From Lytechinus pictus (Eukaryota), in the NCBI RefSeq assembly GCF_037042905.1, contig NC_087245.1, positions 16,680,001-16,744,000 of the forward strand: 64,000 nt of DNA, in the 5' to 3' direction. Shown here one piece after another: positions 63,190 to 64,000 of this stretch. The translations under genes and the position numbers were made by a program. The notes beneath the pieces are model-generated. The model saw only the letters and a list, made by a program, of their open reading frames with translations. It was not told the DNA's origin and ran no database searches. Position 1 is the stretch's first letter; each line of letters begins with the position of its first letter.

Positions 63190-64000
63190 TGCGGAGTAGA
63201 ACACATTTCAACACTGATTTTGACACCTTAGAATGTGGTCCTCGAAAGACGCCAAATGGTGACATTAGTAGCGTAAATCCGGTCTGAGTAGTGGGGACAT
63301 GATAGCAGTATATTGAGCTAAAAAATTCACATTTTTATCGGCACCCCCACATCAAGGGTTATGTACCGTATACGGGGGCGCATAGACATGGGCATAGTAT
63401 TCTCCTATATCGTATCTGTTGGTGACAGTGAAGGTCTGTCGGAATTTTTAATGGTTGTTTTAATTGTTTTTATTCAGACACATAAACTGTTGTTGAAAGT
63501 ATGGGCTAAAAATGCATATGTTAACATACCAGCGAGCGAGGCGAGCTAGTAAATTTTCAGAAGTTGGAAGACTAAATTGTGTCCAAACCATGTTTCTTTT
63601 TTTAACCAAAACGAAAATCGAATATCAAACAGTCGAAATGTATCCACTAAAAACTAATTTACCTATTTGTTACAGGTGATATGAGAATAGAAGAAGATGT
63701 TGTCATAATTATCAGGAATAAGGGTGCCTTAAGAAAGGAACGATGTACCATCATAGACAACCAAATAACCTTTCCAAAACGTAGAATATAGCACAGTGAG
63801 TCAGATAAAATGAAAAATATTGCTGAAAAGAATGATTTTGAATAGACATTATAACTATACTCAGAGATGGTGCAACATTAAAGATATTCTAAACAAAAGT
63901 TTAGTCACATTGTAAATACCTATTAGATTGTCTTGCCAATAAATGTTAATTGAAGTATATCATATAAAATTGATAAAATCATAAAGACACAGGAAATATT

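Overview
AT-rich, repeat-dense eukaryotic genomic DNA. The repeat content suggests an invertebrate deuterostome such as a sea urchin; that is inference only. Host genes: a complete 5-exon short-chain dehydrogenase/reductase (retinol dehydrogenase 11/12/13-like, 355 aa) on the minus strand (20599-8804), and the first coding exon of a tandem paralog (3068-2843) whose remainder lies beyond the left edge. Introns and intergenic DNA hold a decayed esterase-ORF1/APE-ORF2 LINE, LINE 3' remnants, tRNA-derived SINEs, many MITEs and two Helentron-like elements with internal tandem repeats. The standout feature is a 5,575-bp element (28992-34566) with Polinton/Maverick-type AGTAGT...ACTACT ends and a 6-bp TSD (AACACT). 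It is almost one giant palindrome: each arm carries a promoter-like terminal repeat block, a duplicated peptide-like segment, a C2H2 zinc-finger/acidic protein gene and a 10-bp minisatellite, around a 60-bp spacer, and it has no replication, integration or capsid genes. The right third of the window (about 41.5-61.9 kb) is a hierarchical satellite: 122-125-bp hairpin-like monomers, a composite ~1,264-bp unit built from MITE pieces (13 copies) and a 7.5-kb higher-order duplication.
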